Shown: piece after piece, positions 36,949 to 46,361 of the stretch | Layout of the letters: each line of letters starts with the position of its first letter | Numbering within the stretch: position 1 is the stretch's first letter | From: Alistipes sp. | GTDB lineage: Bacteria > Bacteroidota > Bacteroidia > Bacteroidales > Rikenellaceae | NCBI GenBank assembly: GCA_045659225.1 | Contig: JAZOWM010000012.1 | Coordinates: 1 to 61,593 of the forward strand | Length of the DNA: 61,593 bases | Direction: 5' to 3' | Program-made: the position numbers and the translations under genes | Notes under the pieces: generated by a model | The model's input: the letters and a program-made list of their open reading frames with translations, nothing else | What the model was told of the DNA's origin: nothing | Databases searched by the model: none

Positions 36949-36978
36949 GGGCTTTTAGGGTCGTTAGGGCAAAAAGGG
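36946..36978 (+). repeat. Nonamer-periodic G-tract array after mnmG
   Basis: TAGGGG CTTTTA GGG TCGTTA GGG CAAAAA GGG. Confidence 0.65.
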
Positions 36979-36979
36979 T

Positions 36980-36995
36980 TGTTCCACGTGGAACA
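36980..36995. promoter_or_regulatory. parS site (ParB binding), inside a 32-bp palindrome/terminator (36972-37003)
   Basis: Perfect palindrome TGTTCCACGTGGAACA matching the TGTTNCACGTGAAACA-type consensus. Confidence 0.8.
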
Positions 36996-37027
36996 ACCCT
37001 TTTCTATTCTACACCAATCGTTTATTA

Positions 37028-37125
37028 GAAGAGGTGGTTTCAAGGCTTGCGAAGTTTGAGAAACCACAGCATACTAAGCGTATGTGAGGATTTCGAAAAC
37101 GAGCGTAACGCAGAAAACACCCTTC
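37028..37125. mobile_element. MITE-like hairpin element, copy 2 (TA-flanked)
   Basis: Termini TTAGAAGAGGTGGTTTC / GAAAACACCCTTCTAA. Core is shared with 14777-14897. The right end forms the ilvE TAG. Confidence 0.7.
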
Positions 37126-38147
37126 TAATCAACGATCACATTCCAGTTGTGAATGTCTGGAACTCGCCCATATTGCACATCTTGGAGCGACTTATAGAGG
37201 TCTAACAACACCTCGCCGACCTCGTCGCCATAGTGAATTTTCTCGCCAGTATCAGGATCGAAAACATTTCCAAGAGGGGTAATTATCGCACCCGTACCAC
37301 AAGCTCCACACTCATCAAAAGTAGGCAATTCCGCAACATCAACAGGACGCTGCTCAACTACAAATCCCTTATCCTCAGCAATTTGCATCAACGAATCGTT
37401 GGTAATAGAAGGCAAAATAGAAGGAGATTTTGGTGTTATATACTTATCTCCCTTAATTGCGATAAAGTTCGCTGCACCACACTCCTCGATATAACGATGC
37501 TCCACCGACTCGGTATAAAGCACCGCGCTATAGCCCATTTCGTGGGCCTCCTCATACGAAAGCATACTCGAAGCATAGTTGCCACCAACCTTAACATCAC
37601 CCGTACCAAGTGGCGCAGAGCGATCCTGATTACGGTTTACAATGGCATCAATCGGCTTTATTCCATCTTTGAAATATGGTCCTACGGGCGTTGCAAAGAC
37701 ACAAAATCCCGCTTCGCTCGATGGTCGCACGGTCAAGCGTGGGCGTGTTCCAAACAAGACCGGACGGATATAGAGCGCCGCCTGCGACTCGTATGGTGGC
37801 AAGAATTCGAGATTTCGGCGCACAACCTCCTTGCAAGCCTCGACAAACTCATCTGCCGAAACCATTGGCAGACACAACTTACGAGCACCTGCAGCCATTC
37901 GCTCTGCGTTTGCATAAGGGCGGAAAATTCGCACCTTACCATCCACACCACGGAAAGCCTTGATGCCCTCAAACGCCTGCAAACCGTAGTTCAAGCAGGC
38001 AGAACACATATGAACAGGGATATACTCCGAAGTCGTCCACTCCGAAGCACCCCACTCTCCATTCTTAAAGTATCGGCGGAGGTTCTCACCTCCCGTCTCA
38101 TTGAAATCGAAACTCAGTTCGTCCCAATTCATCATCTTCTTCATCAT
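37125..38147 (-). CDS. ilvE: Branched-chain amino acid aminotransferase
   Basis: LNYG..AFEGIKA, LYIRP, KVGGNYA, EECGAAN, ILPSIT and GTGAII. Confidence 0.94.
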   Translation of the reverse strand: MMKKMMNWDELSFDFNETGGENLRRYFKNGEWGASEWTTSEYIPVHMCSACLNYGLQAFEGIKAFRGVDGKVRIFRPYANAERMAAGARKLCLPMVSADEFVEACKEVVRRNLEFLPPYESQAALYIRPVLFGTRPRLTVRPSSEAGFCVFATPVGPYFKDGIKPIDAIVNRNQDRSAPLGTGDVKVGGNYASSMLSYEEAHEMGYSAVLYTESVEHRYIEECGAANFIAIKGDKYITPKSPSILPSITNDSLMQIAEDKGFVVEQRPVDVAELPTFDECGACGTGAIITPLGNVFDPDTGEKIHYGDEVGEVLLDLYKSLQDVQYGRVPDIHNWNVIVD

Positions 38148-38172
38148 TTAACAAATCGCACGAGTCGCTCGA

Positions 38173-38188
38173 TGTTCCCCGTGGAACA
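38173..38188. promoter_or_regulatory. Second parS-like site (1 mismatch to the first)
   Basis: TGTTCCCCGTGGAACA, directly after the metG stop. Confidence 0.65.
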
Positions 38189-40225
38189 TTAGCCAACCAT
38201 TGCTCCGCTATTGGTCTTTTCGTTCGGCTGCAACAAACGCAAAGCACCTGTTGCATCCTCCGCCATAAGGATCATTCCCTGCGTGGTAATACCCTTGAAA
38301 TCGCGCGGTGCGAGGTTCACCAAAACCAACACCTGCTGACCAATCAACTCCTCAGGCGAGAAGTGCTCGGCAATACCCGAAACAATTGTTCGCTTGTCGA
38401 TACCAGTATCAATGGTAAGTTTGAGCAACTTCTTGGTCTTTGGCAACTTCTCCGCCTCCAAGATGGTCGAAACACGAATATCCATCTTCTGGAAGTCATC
38501 GAAAGTGCACTCGGCCTTCTGTGGCTCTGCCTTAACCTCAGCAGCCATATTCTGCTTCTTAATCTCGGCAAGACGGTCAAGCTGCTTCTGAATTACATCG
38601 TCCTCAATCTTCTCGAAGAGGAGCGAAGGCTCGCCAATCTGATGTCCCTCAGACAACAAATCCATTGCTCCAAGTCGCTCCCAGCCGAACTTCTCGCACG
38701 CCAACATATTCAAAATCTTGGCAGCCGAGAATGGCATAAACGGCTCGATTGCAACGGCGATATTTGCGGTAATCTGCAATGCGATATTGAGAATTGTCTT
38801 CACGCGCTCAGCGTCTGTCTTAATCAACTTCCAAGGCTCCGAGTCGGCAAGATACTTGTTACCGATACGAGCGAAGTTCATTGCATCCTTCAACGCCTCA
38901 CGGAAACGGTAGTTCTCGATATTATTCTCCAAAGAGGCCTTGATTTCCGACAACTCTGCGATTGTATCTCGGTCATAATCAGAGAGTTCACCACACGCAG
39001 GCACTACCCCATCGTAATACTTCTTGGTGAGTACCAATGCGCGATTTACAAAGTTTCCGAGCACTGCAACCAACTCGTTGTTATTGCGTGCCTGATAGTC
39101 TTTCCAAGTAAAATCATTATCCTTAGTCTCAGGAGCAGTTGCACACAAAGCGTAGCGCAAAACATCCTCCTTGCCAGGGAAATCAACGAGGTACTCGTGC
39201 AACCAAACAGCCCAATTGCGAGAAGTCGAAATCTTGTCACCCTCCAAGTTCAAGAACTCGTTGCTTGGTACATTTTCAGGCAAGATGTAGTCGCCGTGAG
39301 CCTTCAACATCGAAGGGAAAACGATGCAGTGGAATACGATGTTGTCCTTACCGATGAAGTGAACAAGCTTGGTATCCTCGCTCTTCCAATACTTCTCCCA
39401 ATCTGGCGTAAAGTCCTTAGTAGCAGAGATATAGCCAATTGGCGCATCGAACCAAACATAGAGAACCTTGCCCTCGGCTCCCTCAACCGGCACAGGAATA
39501 CCCCACTCCAAGTCGCGGCTTACAGCACGTGGCAACAAACCACCATCGAGCCAGCTCTTGCACTGACCGTAGACATTCGATTTCCACTCCTTATGGCCCT
39601 CGAGAATCCACTCGCGGAGCATCTGCTCATACTGGTCGAGTGGCAAGTACCAGTGCTTTGTTTCGCGCTTTACTGGTGTTGCGCCCGAGAGGGTTGAATA
39701 TGGGTTGATAAGCTCCTCTGGCGAGAGGGTTGAGCCACACACCTCGCACTGATCGCCATATGCGCCCTCAGCGTTACATTTAGGGCAAGTACCCTTGATG
39801 TAGCGGTCTGCGAGGAACGATTTAGCCTCCTCATCGTAGAACTGCTCAGTGGTCTGCTCCACGAATTTGCCCTCGTCATAGAGCTTGCGGAAGAAGTCCG
39901 AAGCGGTCTTTGCGTGGGTTGGCGAGGTTGTACGCGAGTAGATGTCGAACGAAATGCCCAACTTCTCGAACGAATCTTTGATGATGTTGTGGTAACGATC
40001 TACCACCTGCTGAGGGGTTATACCCTCCTTCTTTGCCTTGATTGTGATAGGCACTCCGTGCTCGTCGCTACCGCAAACCGAAATCACATCGCGACCACGC
40101 AAACGGAGGTAGCGAGTGTAGATATCAGACGGAATATATACGCCTGCAAGGTGTCCGATATGCACGGGACCATTGGCGTAAGGCAACGCCGAAGTGATAA
40201 GATATCTTTTGAAATCCTTAGCCAT
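38189..40225 (-). CDS. metG: Methionine--tRNA ligase
   Basis: [13 protein letters not shown], zinc knuckle, YVWFDA, KISTS and a C-terminal tRNA-binding domain. Confidence 0.97.
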   Translation of the reverse strand: MAKDFKRYLITSALPYANGPVHIGHLAGVYIPSDIYTRYLRLRGRDVISVCGSDEHGVPITIKAKKEGITPQQVVDRYHNIIKDSFEKLGISFDIYSRTTSPTHAKTASDFFRKLYDEGKFVEQTTEQFYDEEAKSFLADRYIKGTCPKCNAEGAYGDQCEVCGSTLSPEELINPYSTLSGATPVKRETKHWYLPLDQYEQMLREWILEGHKEWKSNVYGQCKSWLDGGLLPRAVSRDLEWGIPVPVEGAEGKVLYVWFDAPIGYISATKDFTPDWEKYWKSEDTKLVHFIGKDNIVFHCIVFPSMLKAHGDYILPENVPSNEFLNLEGDKISTSRNWAVWLHEYLVDFPGKEDVLRYALCATAPETKDNDFTWKDYQARNNNELVAVLGNFVNRALVLTKKYYDGVVPACGELSDYDRDTIAELSEIKASLENNIENYRFREALKDAMNFARIGNKYLADSEPWKLIKTDAERVKTILNIALQITANIAVAIEPFMPFSAAKILNMLACEKFGWERLGAMDLLSEGHQIGEPSLLFEKIEDDVIQKQLDRLAEIKKQNMAAEVKAEPQKAECTFDDFQKMDIRVSTILEAEKLPKTKKLLKLTIDTGIDKRTIVSGIAEHFSPEELIGQQVLVLVNLAPRDFKGITTQGMILMAEDATGALRLLQPNEKTNSGAMVG

Positions 40226-40263
40226 AATATGTTTGTTTTTATTGTTTTTGCTCTACTAAAGGG

Positions 40264-40306
40264 CAAAGATAATAAAAAGACGAGAGACGAGAGACTAAAG
40301 ACGAGA
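40264..40306 (-). promoter_or_regulatory. metG -7 box (TATCTTTG) with an adjacent GACGAGA array
   Basis: CAAAGATA at 40264-40271; GACGAGA GACGAGA GACTAAA GACGAGA at 40279-40306. Confidence 0.7.
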
Positions 40307-40409
40307 GAAATTTTAATTTTTCTTATGGCTTTTAGCCATATTGGGGTTGTTTTCACAAAAAAAGCGAGGTTTTAGCCTCGCTATTCATCGTCTAATAAAT
40401 ACCTATCTA

Positions 40410-41525
40410 CTACTTCTTGAAGCAATTTGCTGCCGACATCTTCACATCTGGCGATGGGGCATAGATGCCGAATACAATCTTGTACTCCATCTCCATTGTC
40501 GAGATATTTACCGCCGAGCCTATCGTGCCTATGCGCTGTCCCTTCTGCACGATTGCACCCTTGGCAACCGACTCTGCCGAGAGGTTTGCGTAAGATGTAA
40601 TATACTCACCGTGAGCGATATATATATCGTACTTATTGTTAACCTTATTGCGCTTTACATCTACGACCTTACCCTCGTAGATTGAGGTTACAGCAGCACC
40701 CTCCTTACCGGTAATCTCTGCCATATTACCCTTGTAGCGCTTCACCTTTCCACCCACAACCGGAAGATTCAGTGCCGTAGTGCTGGTCGAGAACGAAGCT
40801 CCCGCCTTGTTGCCCTTAGTGAGTTTGCGCAACTGCTTAATCGCAGCATTGAGCTTCTCCTCGTGCTCCATCTTCGAGCGAAGAACACTCTGCTGCTTGC
40901 TCGACATCTTGCTGATAGTCTTTTTGGCAGCCGCCATATCGGTACGAAGGTAGGCACGCTGCTTGTCGAGTCGGCGCAGGGAGGCAGATAGTTCCTCACG
41001 GCGTTTAGCAAGAAGGTTACGCTCCGCTTGCTCATCTCTACGCACTGCCGAGACCTGCTTTATCTGGTTAATACGATACTCCGTAGCCACACGCAACATC
41101 GCCACTCTACGAGCCATATCCGAGAATGATTTTGCCGAGAAGAGATAGGTCAAATAGTTCTGATAGCGATAGTTACGGTAGGCAACACGGACAATCTCGC
41201 GAGCATTCTCTTCGAGTTCGCTGAGTTGTCCGCCGAGTAATTTAAGACGTCTCTCGGATGCATTCACCTCTGCCGTAAGTTGCTTGATTTGGCGCGTAGT
41301 TTCACGAATCAGCGCATTTCTCTTCTCAATCTGCTTGGTGAGCGAACGCACCTGCTTCTCCGCCGAGGCTTTATTCTTTTTGAGTTGCGCCAACTGCTTC
41401 TCCTCGCGCGCAATGCTACGCTCTAGGTTGGCAATAACCCTCTTCTGCTGCTCAATCTTGCTCGTCTGCGCAAGTGCAGGAGCCATCATCAACAGCAACA
41501 CCAGGGTTAGTATATATTGTCGCAA
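40410..41525 (-). CDS. EnvC-like murein hydrolase activator (coiled coil plus degenerate M23 domain)
   Basis: Signal peptide, long coiled coil, IAHGEYITSYANL and V.KGQRIG. Confidence 0.8.
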   Translation of the reverse strand: MRQYILTLVLLLMMAPALAQTSKIEQQKRVIANLERSIAREEKQLAQLKKNKASAEKQVRSLTKQIEKRNALIRETTRQIKQLTAEVNASERRLKLLGGQLSELEENAREIVRVAYRNYRYQNYLTYLFSAKSFSDMARRVAMLRVATEYRINQIKQVSAVRRDEQAERNLLAKRREELSASLRRLDKQRAYLRTDMAAAKKTISKMSSKQQSVLRSKMEHEEKLNAAIKQLRKLTKGNKAGASFSTSTTALNLPVVGGKVKRYKGNMAEITGKEGAAVTSIYEGKVVDVKRNKVNNKYDIYIAHGEYITSYANLSAESVAKGAIVQKGQRIGTIGSAVNISTMEMEYKIVFGIYAPSPDVKMSAANCFKK

Positions 41526-41534
41526 CTACATCAT

Positions 41535-43235
41535 TTACTTCTTTGTTTCACCACCCTTTTCGGGCAAAAGACGCCTCTCTACTTCACTCTTATCAGCCCC
41601 ACGCTCCAACGCCTTTCGCCAATAGGTTTTTGCCATAAAATCCTCGCCTAGGGCGTGAAGAATGTCACCATAGTGCATCGCCAACTCTGCCGACTGATCG
41701 CGGTCGAGCGAAAGCGCCTGCTGCATATACTTTTTTGCCTCATCGTAACGCCCCAACTTGTAGAGCACCCACGCCATAGTATCGAGGTAGGTGGAGTTCT
41801 TCTCCGAGAGCGCCAAGGTACGAGTAATCATTGTCAAGGCACGCTCGAGATTGCGACCTTCAAGCGAGAGGTAGTAGGCATAGTTATTCAACACCGAAGT
41901 GTTGTCGGCAAAGTGGTGCAACGCCTTCTCGTACGCCTTGTAGCAACGTTTCTTTTCTTTACGGTTATGCTCTACATCGCCAATCGCACCCCACAGCGTA
42001 CTGCGTAAAGTATCGTTATCAGCGTGTTTCAATGCCTCATTGTAGAGTGCTATAGCATCGTCATACTCTTTGCGTTGCGAAGCCAAAGCTCCACGCATAT
42101 GCAGCAGATCCACATCTTTCGGAAAGAGGGTCAAAGCAAGGTCGGTATAGTGTTTCACCGAATCGGGGCGATTAAGATGATTCTCAATCTCTATTACCTT
42201 GGTAAAATCCTCAATCTTTGGAGTTTTGTAATCTATAAGTTGCTTGCACATCGTCAACGCAGACTCAATATCACCCAAGCGAATAAGGTGTTGTGCATAG
42301 AGCTCTGCCACCTCTTTGCTCATAGGGTAGTAGATGTAGAGTCGCTTAATCAACGCATCGTACTGCGTAAAGAACTTACGATAGGCTTTAATGTCGTTTG
42401 CAAGCGATTTCCACTCATTGATTTTAGAGTTGAGTGGAAGTTGGTCGTTGATAAAAAGACGCTCTAAAATGGTCAAATACGCCCCCTTGTCGCCTCTACG
42501 CTGATAGTATTCACCCAATGCCAACCAAGGCTCTAAAGCTAAAGTATCTACAGCTATCGCTCGCTTGAACGACTGCACCGCCAACGAATCGCGGCGAGTG
42601 GAGGCATATATCTCGGCAAGCGCAAGATAGTTATCTGCTATGTATGGGGCATCTTCAATGGCTTTGCGAGCATCAGCCTCGGCAGCAAGAGTCTGCCCAC
42701 TCTTCATAAGGAAATACTGGCGCATACGTCCAAGTTGCGGAATACGACCAAAGCGCATCTCTGCACTATCCAATACCGATATAGCCTCGATTGTACGCTT
42801 GCTATTGTCGAGTAGGAGAGCATAGATTCGATAGTGGTCGGGGTCGGTACTCTTCGATACTATCTTCTCGAAGACAGCAACCGCCTTATCGTACTCGTTC
42901 GCCCTAATCAACGCACCACCATAATCCTCCAAGTAGTAGCGATTGGTGGTATCCTGACGATAGGCCCTTTCGGAGTACTCCACCGCGTTTTGAGGCTTCT
43001 TGGTCAAGCGAGCCAATAGACTCAATGCTGGGGCATAGTTCGAATCCTGCTGAAAAATCGCCTCTATAGCACCAAGAGCATTGATGGTGTCCTTGCGGAT
43101 TGTTACCGCCTTTATCGCCTCGGTATATAGCTCGGAGATGCTTCTGCGGGGTGCGCTCTGACGTGCCGCCTTGTGCTGGGGAATAAATCCACAACAGAAC
43201 AACGCAATAAGCAATATCGCAAACCCCTTCTTCAT
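41535..43235 (-). CDS. Tetratricopeptide repeat protein
   Basis: Multiple TPRs; VLNNYAYYLS..YLDTMAWVLYK..HYGDIL. Confidence 0.85.
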   Translation of the reverse strand: MKKGFAILLIALFCCGFIPQHKAARQSAPRRSISELYTEAIKAVTIRKDTINALGAIEAIFQQDSNYAPALSLLARLTKKPQNAVEYSERAYRQDTTNRYYLEDYGGALIRANEYDKAVAVFEKIVSKSTDPDHYRIYALLLDNSKRTIEAISVLDSAEMRFGRIPQLGRMRQYFLMKSGQTLAAEADARKAIEDAPYIADNYLALAEIYASTRRDSLAVQSFKRAIAVDTLALEPWLALGEYYQRRGDKGAYLTILERLFINDQLPLNSKINEWKSLANDIKAYRKFFTQYDALIKRLYIYYPMSKEVAELYAQHLIRLGDIESALTMCKQLIDYKTPKIEDFTKVIEIENHLNRPDSVKHYTDLALTLFPKDVDLLHMRGALASQRKEYDDAIALYNEALKHADNDTLRSTLWGAIGDVEHNRKEKKRCYKAYEKALHHFADNTSVLNNYAYYLSLEGRNLERALTMITRTLALSEKNSTYLDTMAWVLYKLGRYDEAKKYMQQALSLDRDQSAELAMHYGDILHALGEDFMAKTYWRKALERGADKSEVERRLLPEKGGETKK

Positions 43236-43255
43236 AAACCGAAACCGAAAGCGTT

Positions 43256-43295
43256 TAATACCCCTAACGACACTAACGCCTCTAACGACCCTAAT
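43256..43295. repeat. Nonamer array (TAACGACCC family) after the pheS stop
   Basis: TAATACCCC TAACGACAC TAACGCCTC TAACGACCC TAAT. Confidence 0.8.
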
Positions 43296-44335
43296 TACAA
43301 TACTGAGTCGAACTGGTGAAGGAAGCGCACATCGTTCTCGAAGTAGAGGCGCAAATCCTTTACACCAAACTTCAACATTGCAATACGCTCAACTCCCATA
43401 CCAAACGCAAAGCCCGAATACTCCTTCGAGTCGATACCGTTAGCCTCCAGAACATTAGGGTCAACCATACCGCAACCCATAATCTCCAACCAGCCAGTTC
43501 CCTTACATACTGGGCAACCCTTGCCACCGCAGAGGTTGCACGATACATCCAACTCTGCCGAAGGCTCGGTGAATGGGAAGTATGATGGGCGCATACGAAT
43601 CTGCGTCTTCTCGCCGAAGAGTTCCTTCGAGAAGTAGAGCAAAGACTGCTTCATATCGGCAAACGATACATTCTTGTCGATGTAGAGTCCCTCCACCTGG
43701 TGGAAGATACAGTGTGCGCGGTAGGAGATAGCCTCGTTACGGAACACACGACCTGGGCAGATTACGCGGATAGGTGGCTGTTGGTTCTGCATTGTACGCA
43801 CCTGAATCGACGAGGTGTGGGTACGCAATAAAACATCGTCTGCCGAAGGCTCCGAACCTGCCTTCTCAACGAAGAAGGTGTCCTGCATATCGCGTGCAGG
43901 ATGCTCCATTGGGAAGTTCAAGCGAGAGAATACGTGGTTGTCATCCTCAATCTCGGGACCATCCGCTACGGTGTAGCCAAGGCGCGAGAAGATATCGATA
44001 ATCTCCTGCTTCACCAACGAGATTGGGTGGCGTGAGCCGAGTTGCTCAGCCGAGCCTGGGCGTGACATATCGTCTATTTGTGGAGCCGAAGCCTGCTGGT
44101 TTTCGAGCAACTCCTTCTGCTCGTTAATCTTTGCCAAGATGCTGTTTTTGAGGGCATTCAACTTCTGACCAAACTCTCTTTTAAGTTCTGGTGCTACGGT
44201 TTTGAACTCCTCCATAAGGGCTGTCATCTCGCCCTTCTTGCCGACCATTCGGATGCGGAAATCCTCAACCTCAGCCAACGATTTCGGCGCAAAAGCCTCA
44301 ACTTCTTGCGTTAAAGCAACAATTTTTTCGTTCAT
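43295..44335 (-). CDS. pheS: Phenylalanine--tRNA ligase alpha subunit
   Basis: HPARDMQDTF, LRTHTSS, FHQVEGL, RPSYFPFTEPSAE and GFAFGMGVER. Confidence 0.97.
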   Translation of the reverse strand: MNEKIVALTQEVEAFAPKSLAEVEDFRIRMVGKKGEMTALMEEFKTVAPELKREFGQKLNALKNSILAKINEQKELLENQQASAPQIDDMSRPGSAEQLGSRHPISLVKQEIIDIFSRLGYTVADGPEIEDDNHVFSRLNFPMEHPARDMQDTFFVEKAGSEPSADDVLLRTHTSSIQVRTMQNQQPPIRVICPGRVFRNEAISYRAHCIFHQVEGLYIDKNVSFADMKQSLLYFSKELFGEKTQIRMRPSYFPFTEPSAELDVSCNLCGGKGCPVCKGTGWLEIMGCGMVDPNVLEANGIDSKEYSGFAFGMGVERIAMLKFGVKDLRLYFENDVRFLHQFDSVL

Positions 44336-44376
44336 AAAATCTATCTGTTTTTATTATTTTTTCGTCTATAATGTCG

Positions 44377-44426
44377 CAAAGGTACACTTTAATTTTGAAT
44401 TCTGCATTTTGCATTCTGAATTTTTT
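44377..44426 (-). promoter_or_regulatory. pheS -7 box (TACCTTTG) with an adjacent ATTYTGM heptamer array
   Basis: CAAAGGTA at 44377-44384; ATTTTGA ATTCTGC ATTTTGC ATTCTGA ATTTTTT at 44392-44426. Confidence 0.7.
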
Positions 44427-44439
44427 AGCCTCTGGCTAA

Positions 44440-44601
44440 GAAACGGCTTAAATTTGTTCGCAAAATTATTTTATAATCTATTTTGTGGCTATTTTTTCTT
44501 CTAATTTGAGGCGTATAGTGGTGGCTATATAACGATAATTAGAAGAAAAAAGAGTCGTAAATAACATAAAAGAATAAAGTGAATCAAACTTAAGCCGTTT
44601 C
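44440..44601. mobile_element. MITE-like hairpin element 3 (TAA direct repeats)
   Basis: TAA-GAAACGGCTTAAATTTG ... CAAACTTAAGCCGTTTC-TAA; inner stem TTTTTTCTTCTAATT/AATTAGAAGAAAAAA. The right end forms the permease TAG. Confidence 0.75.
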
Positions 44602-45926
44602 TAATATTTCAACCATCTCCACAGGTCACTCAACTTCGGTTTTGCGCCGTGCATAAAGATGCCAATCTTGTAGATTTTTGCCGCTCCCCACACGCAAACT
44701 ACGAAGGTTGCGTAGAGCAAAATTAACGATGAGGCAATCTCCCACGCCGCTATTCCGCTCGGTATGCGAGCCACCATCACGATTGGCGAGGTGAAAGGTA
44801 TCATCGAGCACCAAAAAACTATCGACGAATTGGGGTCTTTCATTATCATCATCGTAACCACAAATGCCACAATGATAGGCAAGGTGATAATCGTTGTAAG
44901 TTGCTGAGCATCTTGCGCTTGGTCAACACTTGCACCTATAGCCGCATAGAGCGAAGCGTAGAGCAAGAAGCCTCCTATCGTAAAGAGCAATACCATAACC
45001 ACAACCAACGCAATCTGTCCCGTATCGAGCACCGATGCCATAGCGGTAAGCATCTCGGGCGCAATATCTTGCTGCATTGCGAGTGCTGTAGCATCGGCTC
45101 CCGCCTGCACCTGCAGAACGCTCTCCATAATATTTTCGGGCATAAGCATCGGCATAACAACCGCACTGAAAACAACCAGCAACACTCCCCAAACGAGTAT
45201 CTGCGTAGCCGCCACAAGGGCAATACCGAGTATTTTTCCCATCAACATCTCGAATGGTCGCACGGTCGAAACCATAACCTCCAAGATGCGCGAGCTCTTC
45301 TCCTCGATAACGCTCTGCATCACCATTGCGCCATAGATTGCGAGGATAAAGTAGAGCAAAAAACCAAGCACCATACCCACCACCGATGAAGCAATAGCAG
45401 ACGAAGCTGCCGACTCCTTCTCTTTGTCGGTGCGGAAGGTGGCAAGATGCACCGAGGCCTCAACTTTTTCGAGTATCTCGTCTATATTTTCGATGTTGTA
45501 GGCCTTGAGACGCTCGCTCTCGATAACATTTTCAATCTGGTCGGCTATATACTCCTCGAGCATCAACGAGGATGATGAAGTGGTATAGAGTCGAGCATCA
45601 TTCGGGTTTTGGATAATATCCTTACCGATAAACAATACGCCGAAAGTGTTTTCATCTCCCGAAGCCTCAATAAGAGTGGTGGCTATATCGCTATTCGATA
45701 AATCGAATAGTACCTCATCGTCCGATTCGAGGTGCGGAGCCACAATACCACTCTCGTCCACTACGGTTATCTTGCGAGTTTCCGAGTCGGCAAACTCCAT
45801 AATGAGCGTAGGTGCCGCACCCATCAAAATCATAAATAGCGGCACCAAAATCGTAGTAAAAATAAACGACTTTTTATATACTCTCTCGCGGTATTCGCGA
45901 CCGATAATCAGTGAAATGTTTCTCAT
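44601..45926 (-). CDS. ABC-2 type permease (NatB/YhaP-like)
   Basis: REYRERV.KKSF, V.EEKSSRILEV..S.V.P..ML.GKILG and PFTSPIVM. Confidence 0.88.
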   Translation of the reverse strand: MRNISLIIGREYRERVYKKSFIFTTILVPLFMILMGAAPTLIMEFADSETRKITVVDESGIVAPHLESDDEVLFDLSNSDIATTLIEASGDENTFGVLFIGKDIIQNPNDARLYTTSSSSLMLEEYIADQIENVIESERLKAYNIENIDEILEKVEASVHLATFRTDKEKESAASSAIASSVVGMVLGFLLYFILAIYGAMVMQSVIEEKSSRILEVMVSTVRPFEMLMGKILGIALVAATQILVWGVLLVVFSAVVMPMLMPENIMESVLQVQAGADATALAMQQDIAPEMLTAMASVLDTGQIALVVVMVLLFTIGGFLLYASLYAAIGASVDQAQDAQQLTTIITLPIIVAFVVTMMIMKDPNSSIVFWCSMIPFTSPIVMVARIPSGIAAWEIASSLILLYATFVVCVWGAAKIYKIGIFMHGAKPKLSDLWRWLKY

Positions 45927-45938
45927 ACTTTTTATTTT

Positions 45939-45971
45939 AGTTAGGAGTTAGGAATTAGGAGTTAGGAGTTA
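45939..45971. repeat. Heptamer array (TTAGGAR)x4+, left flank of the four-helix-bundle gene
   Basis: AG TTAGGAG TTAGGAA TTAGGAG TTAGGAG TTA; the last TTA is the gene's stop. Confidence 0.92.
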
Positions 45972-46322
45972 TTGTTTTTCTTGGAGGGTTTTTGTAGATG
46001 CAACTATCATATTCATCAACTCCTGACAATCCTCATAAATACTATCAAATTCGCTTTTGTTTATATACTCACTGCCGTATAGTAGTTCTAACCAATATTC
46101 AGTTTCTGCACACTCTTTTTGTGCTATAAATAGTTTTGCCGTAAAGTCTGCTTTTGATTGAGCATACATCGCCTCTTTTGCGTTTGCTCCTATGCTTGTA
46201 CCGCAGCGCAACAACTGTCTTGAAATTATATGCTCGTTCTTCTGCTCATTTAGATATCTATACAACTTAATTACCCTCAAAGCAAAAGCCTTACTCTTTT
46301 TCTGTATTACACTGTCTCTCAT
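45969..46322 (-). CDS. Four helix bundle protein (23S rRNA intervening-sequence protein/Avd-like family)
   Basis: KS..FA..VI.LY, QLLRCGTSIGAN..EA..AQS.ADF..KL.IA.KE..ET.YWLELL; AT-rich relative to its neighbours. Confidence 0.92.
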   Translation of the reverse strand: MRDSVIQKKSKAFALRVIKLYRYLNEQKNEHIISRQLLRCGTSIGANAKEAMYAQSKADFTAKLFIAQKECAETEYWLELLYGSEYINKSEFDSIYEDCQELMNMIVASTKTLQEKQ

Positions 46323-46329
46323 CTCTAAA

Positions 46330-46361
46330 AACTCCTAATTCCTAACTCCTAATTCCTAACT
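46330..46361. repeat. Heptamer array (AAYTCCT)x4.5, right flank, inverted relative to 45939-45971
   Basis: AACTCCT AATTCCT AACTCCT AATTCCT AACT; encodes the last codons and the stop of the ATPase. Confidence 0.92.

Noticed and set aside
36955-36969. Telomere-like TTAGGG repeats or eukaryotic contamination
   Set aside because: The period is 9 bp rather than 6, and the repeats are embedded in continuous bacterial gene context.
44340-44600. oriC in this AT-rich spacer
   Set aside because: No TTATCCACA-like box cluster was seen; the AT-rich part is explained by the MITE-like element and the pheS promoter.
45969-46322. Diversity-generating retroelement
   Set aside because: The fold is Avd-like, but there is no reverse transcriptase and I saw no TR/VR pair differing at adenines in the window.
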